The notes under the pieces: model-generated
What the model saw: only the letters and a program-made list of their open reading frames with translations
Databases searched by the model: none
Told to the model about the DNA's origin: nothing
Shown here: positions 45,936 through 58,900 of the stretch, piece by piece
Layout: each line of letters opens with the position of its first letter
How positions within the stretch are numbered: position 1 is the stretch's first letter
From: Pocillopora damicornis
Lineage: Eukaryota
Assembly: GCF_003704095.1 (NCBI RefSeq)
Contig: NW_020843837.1
Coordinates: forward strand, 434,001 to 498,000
Length of the DNA: 64,000 nt
Reading direction: 5' to 3'
Made by a program: the position numbers and the translations under genes

Positions 45936-48517
45936 GAGTAAATGTCAATAAAAATCACAGATTATCGAAAAAGTCGCGGACACGGTCAAAAATCGATTTG
46001 GTTCATTTCTTGCCTGTGGGTAGCCTTATCCAGTAAACAAACGGAAATGGGGTTAGATTTTTGAAATATGCACTTTAACGGGAATNNNNNNNNNNNNNNN
46101 NNNNNNNNNNNNNNNNNNNNNNNNNNNNNNNNNNNNNNNNNNNNNNNNNNNNNNNNNNNNNNNNNNNNNNNNNNNNNNNNNNNNNGAATTGCACTCAAAA
46201 GGTTAAATTTGGCACAAAGCCGTTAGTTTCCGTTTACTTTTCATCCGGTGGACATGGATTCGAGCATTTGCATCCCTTTTGCGCCTTCTGCACTCGCCAG
46301 TTTCGAATTTACTGAAAGCTGTCCAACACAAAGATAAGGAGGTTTCACAAGCAATCGTGAGCTCGAGTGACTAAAATCCGATATGTAGGACTCTGCTGTC
46401 ACGCAGGTACACTCCTGGACTAATTGTGTGAGTCGTGCGATGAATGGCTTTTTCCTCTTCTAAGGTGAAATGTCAGAAATATCCAGCCCAAGGTCGATGC
46501 ACATGTCTCTTAGCCTATCCAGTCTTAAAGTTGTGAGTGTACGTTTTTGTACAAGTTCGCAGATGTTTAGATCGAAAGATACAATCGGATGTTGAATAGC
46601 CACATCTCTCATCACATTTGCACACACTGCAGATAGATAACCCTCAGCTTCGGCGGAAATTTCGTCCTTGTCGACGCTCTTCATGTCCACTTCTGAGATT
46701 TCACTAGCTTTTGCTCGGTTACCGGCGGCTGTAACTTCTTATCGCTTCTTTGCTGAAAGACGGCTGAAGAAGCCACTAATCTGCTGCGACGTAAGGACTT
46801 CATCAGGTTGAAATCGACGTCCCCCCGCTTGGTCTCTTGCTAGACTCATGATTTTCGAAACTTCCTGTGGATCGCTTTTCCGTCCACTAAACTCCACTTT
46901 TTGAAATTGGTCAGTTAAGAATTCGGTCTGTTTCCTTGTAAAAAGCACCTTTTTCTTAATTGTCTTCAGAGCCCAACCCATTGGAAGAGGCGGCAAGCCG
47001 TCTCTCTTTGATTGTGCAGCAACTNNNNNNNNNNNNNNNNNNNNNNNNNNNNNNNNNNNNNNNNNNNNNNNNNNNNNNNNNNNNNNNNNNNNNNNNNNNN
47101 NNNNNNNNNNNNNNNNNNNNNNNNNNNNNNNNNNNNNNNNNNNNNNNNNNNNNNNNNNNNNNNNNNNNNNNNNNNNNNNNNNNNNNNNNNNNNNNNNNNN
47201 NNNNNNNNNNNNNNNNNNNNNNNNNNNNNNNNNNNNNNNNNNNNNNNNNNNNNNNNNNNNNNNNNNNNNNNNNNNNNNNNNNNNNNNNNNNNNNNNNNNN
47301 NNNNNNNNNNNNNNNNNNNNNNNNNNNNNNNNNNNNNNNNNNNNNNNNNNNNNNNNNNNNNNNNNNNNNNNNNNNNNNNNNNNNNNNNNNNNNNNNNNNN
47401 NNNNNNNNNNNNNNNNNNNNNNNNNNNNNNNNNNNNNNNNNNNNNNNNNNNNNNNNNNNNNNNNNNNNNNNNNNNNNNNNNNNNNNNNNNNNNNNNNNNN
47501 NNNNNNNNNNNNNNNNNNNNNNNNNNNNNNNNNNNNNNNNNNNNNNNNNNNNNNNNNNNNNNNNNNNNNNNNNNNNNNNNNNNNNNNAGATGTCCACTGA
47601 GACTGCCAAAGATGTCCACAGACTTATGACCGACGAAGACTACCGCAGATTTGGCTTGTATAACTCATGACAATCTATTCTTAAAGCGCTTTTACAGCGA
47701 GGATTCACCAACCGTGACCACTTAGAGNNNNNNNNNNNNNNNNNNNNNNNNNNNNNNNNNNNNNNNNNNNNNNNNNNNNNNNNNNNNNNNNNNNNNNNNN
47801 NNNNNNNNNNNNNNNNNNNNNNNNNNNACTTCGAAAATATCTTCCAAGCGGAATAACAAGGGCCTATAAAAGATTTCTAGGGTAAGGAACTATTGATTTC
47901 AAAGCAAAAATAAAAAGCTAAGTGCGGCTGCGACTCAAACAATGCTTTGCTTGTGTCATTGCAATGTTGATTTTGTTCATTTCAATATGGCACCATTTTA
48001 CAATTTTAGCGAAGTTTGGTTGGTTGGTACATCAAAACAGCAGAAGATACCAGAAAAATGAAACAATGAATTTGAAGACCCACCTTATAAGCCCTCGTGA
48101 TAGTATTGCTGGAGATTTTGAGAAACTGCCACATGCATTTTTGCCACACTACATTAGGCCGGGTTTGGCATGAATTAAATATGGCGAACACGCCCACTGG
48201 TAATTAACCCGTGGTTTCGTCAACTTGGTAATGGAAGGTCACATGTATATATTTATAGCTAGAGAAGTCCTGCTGTTGCATTTTAGTTCATGCAAGGATG
48301 GCCTGAAAACTGCATAATTTAGAGCTGGCAGGCACTCATTTTCGATCATTCAATTAGTATCGATTTATTTCCGTTAAAATGAATATTTACAGAAACTAAC
48401 CTCACTTCACTTTAAGTAGTACCTATAGCTATCTGTAGACAAAAAATGGGACGAAACGATTTTTTTACCACGTCCGCGATTTTGTCATTTTTCTTTGATT
48501 TTTAGAGACATTCACTC
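45936..48517 (-). mobile_element. Degenerate Sola3-like DNA transposon (GAG...CTC termini, TTAA flanks, imperfect long TIRs)
   Basis: TTAA|GAGTAAATGTC at 45932-45946 and GACATTCACTC|TTAA at 48507-48521; the ends align as inverted repeats over ~150 bp; internal transposase-like remnant; three N gaps inside. Confidence 0.7.
46400..47024 (-). pseudogene. Transposase C-terminal remnant with two in-frame stops
   Basis: One frame reads GWALK...Q.EFL..QF...GRKSDP..V...M..ARD..G...F...E.LT.QQI.GFFSR*...HPI...NIC...*KRKKPFI..L..LV..CTC, with stops at 46739-46741 and 46460-46462. Confidence 0.72.
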
Positions 48518-49295
48518 TTAATTTGTTATAACACCACAAAATTGCAGCGATGTTTTAATTAATTTAAAGAGGAAGGAGTTTGTAGGAAGCATATTCAGTA
48601 AAATCCTGGAATAACATGAAGTGCTACCCAAACAGTCAAACAGAAACTCGAGACATCTCTTGATTCACTCGCACTCCGTAAATTTTAAATTGAGTCTCCC
48701 ATCAACGCCAGTCATTAGGTGGTCACTGTCCGACGTGAAGAGCCGGATGTTTACACGATCCTTTAACCAAATTAGCAGGATCAGAGAGGTCACGTGTCTA
48801 TGCGTAACAAGTTGGAGACACGTCTCACTGATGGAACAGTGATTGGACCAATCATCATCTCCTCAATGAACCAGAAGGATAATAAGAAGTGGTGTCGAAG
48901 TGTTATATATAACCATTTTGTGCGCAATCATTGTGGGATAGTTAGTATTCCAAGCTTGCAAATAATCTTTATTCGTATCGTGAAAATTTCCTCATTCGAT
49001 CATTACAAGTGTTAAGTTTTTGCGTGGTGAGTTATCTACTAACAAATAGATCTCCAGGTCGTTTTCGTTATGCGCATGCGTATTAAGAACTATGACGCTT
49101 TGCTTGAAAAAAAGGTAAAAAGGAAATGATACAACGACCCAGGAATTTTTTAAATCGAGCAATGCTTGTGTCAAGTTTGTTTCACTGTTTTTATTTGACC
49201 TTTAAGTATCTAAAAGCAAAAGAAAAAAATATTACTTCTCTCACAATTAATGAAACAGAAGAAATAAGGAAACAAAAGAAGAGAGTAAAAAAGTG

Positions 49296-49428
49296 TGAGA
49301 GAGGGAGGAGAGTGGGAGGGGAGGGAGAAGAGGGGGAAGGGGAGGGAGGAGAGTGAGGAAGGGAGGGGGAAGTGGGGGCAAAAGGAATTTGATGAAAAAA
49401 CAAACAAACAAACAAATAAACAAACAAA
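49296..49428 (+). repeat. G-rich polypurine tract followed by (CAAA)n
   Basis: Nearly pure A/G run with many GGG tracts. Confidence 0.8.
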
Positions 49429-50993
49429 CACTTGTACAAAAACACAAAAAGACGAATGGGAATAAAGGAAACAAAAGCAAAGCTACCAAAAACAAAATTC
49501 AAAACCAGCCATAAATTGGTCATGCAGCATTTATTTGTTATTTGCTTCTTGGCATAAAAAATAAGACAGTGAAGTCCCAACCATAAACAGAGAAAAACGC
49601 TTTGTTTTTCACAAAAAAATAATCATGTGTATAATAATTAAATCCCCTATGCCTTCTGCCCACGATTGCTGACATAAACATTAATGAAAGTTTAACACTT
49701 ATACTTCAAAAATGTATGGAAAATAACCCCTGGAAATAAAGAACATGGAAAATAGTACATTATTTCACACCAACTTTGTTTGTTTTCAAATCTGTTTTCC
49801 CCCTTAGTAAGGTCTTTTATTGCTTCTTCAATGCATTTTATTTTAGATTCAATTAAAATATATTTTACATCTGATCTATTCAAATAGCCATAAGTTATCT
49901 GATCATTAGGCTAGCTCCAATAAACTCTTAACTTAACATTTTTAACACTCAGCAGATAGTAATTTAAAATAACTATTAATTATACTCTTGCATTAAATAC
50001 AATTCTCAAATTCTCAAGAGGTGCACAATGTAATTTCCTTCGAATATCTTGGTGCAAGGGAGGAAACTAAAGTACCCTCAAAGCTATGGACCCTAATTAC
50101 ACATAAATAAATTGCCAGGAGTAATAAGGCATTATTATTACTATGAATGTTTAACAGATAAGTTGTGATTCTTTACTATGGTGAAGTGCAATGGGTGACT
50201 AAATCTTGTACAGGGTATTAATATATGTTCAGCTGAACTGTACACACATTTTGAATGGTTCCCACTCATAATATATTGGAAGACACACAGAAATGACGTC
50301 ACCAATAACAACATTTTGCTTCCTTATCAGTCATAAAACAAATAGATTCCATTTTGCCATGGCTCTGTACAGTCTGTAATGGATCATAGAAGACATCACA
50401 ATGAGACAGACTTGACTGCGCCTCATGTGCCACTGTTGACATCATCTGTGACCTATTACTGAATGGAAATATCACCCCATAGAATCTAATTATTAATTTC
50501 ATGTTTTGTTTTGCATTCACTTTAACAAATTCAAATTTCATATAATGTAAGGCAAGGTCTAATGGGAAATATGAAGGCATGAAACTCTGGCATGGAAAAG
50601 TTATCATGCCATGTGCATATAAATTCTAACATGTGTAACTAACAGAAAGAGCTCTATGCCAGTAAGTAATTAACATGTTTCATGGTTAAGACAAAGTTGT
50701 CTAATGATAAATACTTGTATGTTGTGTTTTTACTGTGTAATGAAAACTGTGAAATCTTTCCTAATCTATTTTTTGTGTCTTTTTTATTATTTTTTCCAGA
50801 GTAAAAGAGCATTTGAAGGTAATTGAATATTAAATTTCTCCATTTATTTCCCTGAACTCTACTAATGCAGTTAAACAAAATACTTATGGAATAGGAAGAA
50901 CAATTTAAATATGTATTAGAGTTACTATAATAACATCTATCTTGGTAGTCAGAACCTACATAGCATCAATATTCTAACGTTAGTATCAACTTG

Positions 50994-53900
50994 TTACATA
51001 ACTAATGCATTCTCCATCAATGAGTCAGCACTAGCTCTCAATCTTTCTCTAAACTGCCCTGCTAAACTCCTTGCAGCTAAAGTAAGAATTTGTCTTTTGG
51101 AAGAACCTAGAAAAGAAAAGAAAAAGATGAGTTTGACATCGCTTATTCCCCAAATAGCAAGGCAAACCAGCCCAAGCCTTTACAGCTGTAACAAATATAA
51201 GTGGCGAGTTGTCACAAACTGTCACAAACAGTCACTTGTATTTGGTAAAATCACATTGTTATGTAACATTAGTCACCCATTTATAATTTTGTTCCTTAAT
51301 CCTTAATGTTTGATTCAGGAGTGATACTGTACGGAGAGATTTGATGCTCATCACTCTTGGGGATTTGAGAGTTAAGATAACACCACTTTTTAAAAGTGAA
51401 CAAAAAAGTATAATGGTTGGATTTGGGTGGGGGAGCTGAACAGTTCTGCCTGAAAATTGTGAGTCAAACAAGCCTCCAATGCAAACTTATCAGCCAACAA
51501 AATTTTAAAATTTTGACTAAAAGTTTTAAAAAATGATTCAAAATAAAGTTCATTCTAACTCAAGGAATGCAGTATGTTTAAAATCAGCTGTACCTGATAT
51601 TTTAGAATGCCAATCGCCATACTCTTGCCCAGAGCCAAGCATAACCTCCCCAAGAGTAAATGATAGCCCTGACCATCTTAGGTTGTAATTGGATGGTGTG
51701 CTTTCCTCTGCTTTCTTGATATAAAAACTTGGAATTTGGACTGATTGAGAGAATGTTTCAAGCTCTGTCTTTGAAGTTGGGTCACTCAGTGCAAGACATG
51801 TTAAACCAAACCACCTAGGAAAGAAAAATGTCAACTCAATAAATAAGTCTGGACAAAAAAGCTATTTGACTTGAATCCAAGTTTTTTCTTAACTATTAAA
51901 ATGGAGTTATTTTAAGAAGCCATTATATCGCTTTTCTTCAACTCCACTTTAAAGTCAACTCCCTTTTTTTGTTTGAACTGGGTACAAATAAAGAAGTTTT
52001 TGTTGCTGTTAAAAGAGAGGGTACTTCATGTCACAGATATCATAAATCATTCTCTAGCTGAGAACAATCACTATGACTGTAAAGATACATCAAAGGGAGC
52101 AGTAACCTACTTGCCAGGTAACAGCTCTGACAACATTTCTTCCACTCCAATGATCACTTGACCTTCCTGCACTTTCTTTCCACGCACTAAACTGGCTATT
52201 CTATGCTGTGCTCCCTTCACCCCAGCTGAAAATCCTACAGGAAGGGGAGCAATCCCAGATGTCGAGGAATTTGACTGCATGGTAACATGTTCAAACACTT
52301 GACGGAACCCATCCTTTATTGCTTCTATGGCTTCAGTATCAGTGGTTGCAACAGCCAGGCTTATAGACTGTTCTCTCCTGTCTGCTAGCAAAAGTGAAAA
52401 AAATACATAAATATACATAGATTGACACTAGCTATACATCAGTTGGCCCCATGACCCCCGACAGTGACTAGGATCTAGGACTAATTTTTCCTTGCAATAA
52501 AAGAATTAACCCTGTATCAAACATTGAGGTCATGAGAATAAAGGAAATGATCACCAACATAAAAATCTCTTGACTATTACACAAATTCTCATTATCGGCA
52601 CCTCAGGAAATGTATAGAGAACAGTTGGCAGAAAATACAAACTGATGTTAAGGTGTAAAGGGTTATGCAAATGAATCAAGAAATGTGGCTGATACTTGTT
52701 TTCTTTACACTGCTACATGCAGAGGTGTACATGTATTTTCACGCACTGTAAATTTTCACAATGAAATAACCTTGTCACCCCTAAGAATGGCTAGCACGTA
52801 ATTTCTCCTCACAATATCACCTCTGATATCAAAAATAAAGGTTACCAGAATAAAAGATATGATCACTAATGAAATAAGCTCTTGATTGTTAAATTTAAAA
52901 CAAATTCTCCTGGTAAGCATCATAGAGAACAGTTTGGAGAATATACACAGTGAAGTAAGGGTGTGAAGGGTTATATGAAAGAATTTATTAGGTAGCATTA
53001 CTCATGCTTCTTTCCTTTACAGTGCTATAAGTCAAAGTGTATGTTCACATACTGCAAATTATTGGTTTCATACTGAATTTAAAATAAGATATTTCTGATA
53101 CATGAATGTGACTGATGTTTACAACACAGCTCTTATAAATGGTGCAGAGGTTCAGTCTTTGGTGCTTTAAATCAACAATTAAAAGAACCTCCCTAAAAAT
53201 TCAAATCAAGTTACTCACATAAGTAGTCCTCCATTTCTGGGTCAAGTGTTGTGATCACACTTTCAACTGAAGTCTGAAGAAAAATACAGACAAGTTATGA
53301 CAATTTTCAAAATGCTTTTAAGATTTATAACTGATTCTAAAAATTATTAATATGAATTCTGCCCTTATGATAGTCTGCTTAAAGCTGGTTTTAAATTTGA
53401 CTTTTCATCTGTTCTATTGAATAATTTGTTTCCACTGATTCAGGCCACTGCGATGACTTTGTTTTAGTTCAAATGACACTTAATCAAAGAGCATGCAAGA
53501 ATAACACACTAGTGCTTTGACAGCCAACATCAGCCCAACGATATTGATATAACAACAGACTCACATAATTGTACTGGGTTTAAACCGATGTATGCTTTAG
53601 TGCAAAATCTTAAATTAACAAACATCAAAATTTGTCAGATTTTATTCTATAGATCATTACTTTCACACACTGTTGAACCTAACGAGGCTTCATTTTGAAA
53701 TGATTTTGATCGATTTGGAATTTAACAACGTTGCAAAACGTATGATAAGTGAATTGTTTTCATTCTACATATTTTAACAATACCTTGGTTTTCTCCATAA
53801 TATTTCTACCAATGTTTTGCGTTGTTTGTAATCCAACCGACATTGCAGTGGACATCCAGCCCCAAACCCCGCTAGTTAAGTCATCATTCCCATCGCCATC

Positions 53901-54197
53901 CTGGTCAGAAGTTTGCCCCTGGCCTTGCCACGTCGATGATGAATTTGGAGATGATTTACCACTCTTATTTTCCAAGAGATCACTTGCTGAAACGTCCGTG
54001 CGAATCTTCTGCTGAACGGGGCTCGTTATTTGGGTCACCGAGTGCGAATGAACCGAAGTGACGCCACGTGAACTCGATTTTTTATCCCCAATGGAAACAG
54101 GAGAAGTAGAGGTGGACATGGTGCTCGAGGAAGTCGAGTCGATTTTAACGTAACCTTCTTCTTCCAATGCGCTTTCCACTTCTTTCGTAATGTCCAT
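50994..54197 (-). CDS. PRRC1: Protein PRRC1
   Basis: Exons 54197-53784, 53273-53219, 52384(or 52381)-52111, 51814-51594, 51106-50994: GVWGW, SVESVITTLDP, AIKDGFRQVF, IAPLPVGFSAGVKGAQHRI, ELLPGKWF, NLRWSGL, DWH, AARSLAG. Confidence 0.9.
52447..52970 (+). mobile_element. Two TTAA-type MITE copies in a PRRC1 intron (~52447-52662 and ~52770-52970)
   Basis: Same core (AAGGAAATGATCAC, CTCTTGA, AAATTCTC, GAGAACAGT, GGTGT.AAGGGTTA). Confidence 0.7.
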
Positions 54198-55779
54198 CTC
54201 AGGTTAAAGATATTTCAAGTTCCTTTTAACCTTTGATCACGGGTTCTTGATACGAACAAATCGCAAAAAAAGTAAAAAATATATTCATCAACAAGCACAA
54301 AAGTCAAGAGAATGCCATCAACTATTGATCAGGCTCCATGGCAGAGCCTCGCCTGGAAGTAGAAAATAGTACAGAGGGGAGGGGATGCTCGGGTAAATTT
54401 CTCAAAATTCCCGGTAACGTGACGGGCTCTTAATTAGTCTCCTTAGTCATATTTAACAGGTTCTGGCACCCTAACCAGTCCATTTTGTTTCTTAAGATGA
54501 TAGTTTTATTCTGTGATTTTTAATACTCTTGAACACCCCATCTTGAACGAAAACAGAACAGCTTCACGTGCTTGTAAAGTTAGGGGACTTCAAAAAAACA
54601 GCTAGCTCAAAATCCCCGACAAAAGAGGTCACAACAGTTGATAAATTTAAATTTGTGAGTATAATGAGGCACAGATCTTCTTTAAAGATCCAATCTCTTT
54701 TTTTCTCTTTTTGATATACATTTCTAAGGTTGGTTTAGATAACCGAGTTGTACCAAACTTGATAAAATTATATTTTACTGGGTGCGACTTAAATTGATAA
54801 TATTTTGATCTATTATATACGGTACTTTAAACGATTGTCTGTAAAAAGCAGGTTTACATTGTACTCTCAGCAGATATCAACATGCAGCTACCAGCACCTT
54901 ACAAACGATTTACTAACGTCATTTTAATTAAGGAAAGAACAGACTATAGCGCTGATCGAAACTGAATAATCACAACCGCTTTACGCTTCTTGCGTTTTTG
55001 CGTCCTAGTGAAATGGACCAATCAGCTTTCGAGGACTAGACCAAAAGCAATCGGCACTCGACTCTCATGATTTCTGCTCAAGTTGAAACGATAGTCACTA
55101 GTACTGCCACTGAGAATCGATCAGATTACGTTCAATAATAGATTTAAAGAAAGTCTCAACCAACCGTCATTGGCAAAATAGCAAGTAAGTTAATAACAAA
55201 AACATAAAAAAAATATGTTCAAACTAAAAGTTTTCAACTTTATTTCAATAACCTAATCATCGGGAAAATTATTATAGAAACTTCCCTTTCAATATCGTTC
55301 AATATTATAAAAAAAGTTATTTATGGGTCCAATGCCGCTTATCTTTTTTTGTGATTTTTTCATCTTGAGATTTTTTTATTCCTGTTATTATTATAATAAT
55401 TATTATTCATTGTTACTTACTTACCAAGTAACTCTTCACACATACATTTTATCTACCCCGGAAAAACCTATCTGATGCCTTCCTCATATCAGCGGTGGAA
55501 ATAATGCAGATGATTTTTTCCAGTATTCTTAGGCTCAGAAAATGGGGATCAGGTTCTAAACTCCACAGCTCCAGGGACCAACCCTTTCTTAAAGTTCATT
55601 AAAAAGGTCAAGTATCCAAAACTTCCCATGAATTAAAACACATTTGAATCTGTGGGACATTTCTTGTCCTGCTGGTAGGTTTTGGCTAATCTACATGAAG
55701 AGATTTATATTCTCTCTCACCAATTATTTTCAGGAACTAGCTACATCATGGGCCTGAATAGTTAAGTTTAGCGACCTTA

Positions 55780-55975
55780 ACTCTTTGACCCTTGACCCTT
55801 GAAAGAGACAAACATCTAATATCTCTTTAAAATATCATCCCTGAATCAAACATAAAGGTATAAGGGAAATTATCACTAACTAAATAAGCTCTTGGTTGTC
55901 AAACAAATTCTCCTTGTCAGCACCCAAGGAAATATATAGAGAACAGTATGGAGAATATGCATACTGATGTTATTA
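55780..55975 (+). mobile_element. TTAA-type MITE immediately downstream of the GBA copy B stop
   Basis: AATATCATCCCTGAATCAAAC...GAGAACAGTATGGAGAATATGCATACTGATGTTA core. Confidence 0.7.
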
Positions 55976-55988
55976 TGGTGCCAAAGAT

Positions 55989-58900
55989 TTACCAAATATA
56001 AGTCTGAATTGCAAAAGATGGAATAATTTCACTGATGATTGCTCCCTTTTTATCAGTGATGTCAAAGGTAACATTTCTTCCTTCAGTGTTTTGTATCACC
56101 ATAACAGTGTTGCCCTCTGGTGTGACAAAGCCAATAAACTCCAAGGAAGTTTCTTCAGAGCTGTTTACTTCAATTCTGTGAGAACCTGGTGGAACGAATT
56201 TGCTGAAGTGGCCAAGATGATAAAACATTGGCTGCAAAAGATTGGACAAAATTATGTCATAAACTGATTGGAATCTCAGAGTACCTGACAATGCTAAAAA
56301 AAAATATCCTGTAGTTGATGTGAGTTTTATACAGTAAATTTGTTACATAATTAGGGCCAATATAGATGTTTAGATTATAACTCTTTAAGTCTTGCTGTGA
56401 TTAAAATGAAACTTCTCCCAAAAATATCCATACATTATCAAGCAAACAAGAGACGAGAATACGCAATCTTGTCTGGTATAAGTTGTCATCTTGATCTAAC
56501 ACCAAATTATTGTAACTAGGGAGAATTAAAAATCTCATCTTGGGAGTTAAAGGATTAGCTAAATCAAGTAAAATCAAGGAACACTAATCATTAAAGAAGA
56601 ATAAAAAAAAGTTAAAAATAAAAGGAGAGGCATTCAGATACCCCTGGTTGCCTCTTCTTTCAAAGGCTCAATTAACATTGATTCTATGACAACTTTACAA
56701 CTTTGCTGAAACAGAAGTGGAGGTAGATGAAGAGCTGAGACTGTCATGTTAAGTGGATTATACCTGTTTGTAGAAGGCTTTATTTTCTGCATCTACAATA
56801 ATTGGGGAATCAACAAAGTTCTTCACCCAGTTAGGTCCTCCTTGCAAATTAAGAGCTATGTTCCAATCCACCCATCCACTTGACCAGTGGGATAAATTCT
56901 GAAGATTAAAAAAAGAACTAATGTCATGTCATCCACTGAAAATATGATGGCAGCAACAGAGTGTCAGTAACTGTCTGTTTTGAAAGATGATGATGTTAGG
57001 AAGCCTAGTTTGGTTTGAAATAAAGAAGAATCTCTATTCAGAATACAATCCCAGGGGGAACTCCCAGGTATAGGAGAAGCATCTTTTAAACAGAGCTCCC
57101 ATTGGTAAAGACTACAGATACAAAGGCTAAAGGAGTATTTTTCAGGCACAAAAAACAATTGCAGAGGTGTATCTCTAATAGAAGTGTCCTTTCAATGTAG
57201 TTAAAAGATCTAAACTATAAGGTTATGAGAGCATCTTTCAGTTGGGAACTTACAAGGCTTAATTTCCATAGAGTTTGAGATAAAAAGAAAGGGAGCACTC
57301 TGCACTTTGAGAGGCTAATCTTATTTTCCTCATGTTTCTTTTCTTCTAATTATTATTTTGATTATTTTAACATTTCTTTGCTCTGAATATAACAGTAACT
57401 GTATAAAATATGAAATCACCTCAATGATGCTATGTGCATAATCACTTCCTCTAGACCACTGACCAAGGTGAACTCCTCTCTCACTAGGGGGTCCTGTCCA
57501 GCCAGTACACGCTTCCGTGTTTAGAATAAAGTGGTTGGGAAATCTATACAGTGAAACCAATTCAGCTACTTTGAGTAGACAATCACAATAGTAAATGATA
57601 TATAGTTATTTAAGTTTGCATTGTGTATTCTCTTTCAAACCTCCACTTTACTTTATAATAAAGTGACATTATATGTGATACTTTACCCTACTAAATGTAC
57701 CTTACAATTCTTGTCATCCTTGTTTCAACTAAATTTAGCTGCATATCTTCTTTAATCCATGCTTAGTGATTGAAAACACCCACCTGTGTTTAGTAGTAGC
57801 ACATGCACAGTATCAGCTAAGTTTAAAATTAAACACAATATTCAGGTCTGGATACTATCCAGTAAAAAGATGTTCAGTGAGGTGAGCACATTAACGAGTA
57901 AGATAATAATTGTACTTATTTCTAACTGACTGTGTTGTTCACTATAATGAGGTAGAGGAATTAGCTATTAACTGCTGATGAAAATAAGAGTAAAATAATA
58001 AAATAATGTCGAGCAAAATTTATGCTGACATACTTTTTGTGTGTTGCAGATAATACATCAGGTGAGGTATCATTCTCATTATACCAATGAACTGCAATGC
58101 CAGAAACATATTCAACTGTTTCCTTATCTCCAAGGATGGTATCTGCCCATGGCTCAACATACATCCGGTTATCGTCAACCATCATTAGTTTCACATCAGA
58201 GTAGCCAAACTTCTCCAAGGTTGGACCTAGGTCCTCTTTGATGAAATCTCTCTCCATCTCCTTTGTGTAACCCATTGTTTGAAAGGCATACCTTCAAGTA
58301 AAAGTTGACCAGTGAAATAGCACACAAATTTTCTAAACATTTTCTTGGAGAGCTGAGGCAATTAATCAAATTCCATTTTAAAACAACCTCTCTATGTGAA
58401 CAAACTGTTCAATAGTAAAATATAATTTGAGACTATGGTAACATTGAGAAACCTACATAGATAATTTAAGATACCCTCATCGGAGTTTTCTTCCTGACAA
58501 ACCACTCCCAGTCTGAAACATCAACTGGTGAAGATTACTGTGGCTAAAATTATCCTTATTGAAAGACATCAATTGACTGTAAGTGCTGTAGGACCTGAAA
58601 GCTGTTGTTAAAGAACATAAAAGGAAAGTGCAAATCCGAGCTTAAAGAAATTACTGAAAGGATGGTTTTCATATGTCAGGAGGACGATTTACCCTACTTC
58701 CTACCGTCCCAAATTTTGCTTTCCATTGATCATTTTTCTTGGGACCCAATGAAAAACAATTTGTCTTTGACCATTATGGACAGTTAACAATAAATCTAGG
58801 ATTTGTGTTTTTACTTGATGCCAAATTCAGGTTGAAACAGTCTAATTCCTGAGCATCTAGAATTTATCTTACAGAATGATGCAAAAAACCAGTTTTACAG

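Noticed and set aside
46956-47670. Long ORFs across the N-run
   Set aside because: Artefacts of assembly gaps.
49126-49580. Hydrophobic and Pro-rich ORFs
   Set aside because: Derived from low-complexity polypurine and (CAAA)n tracts.
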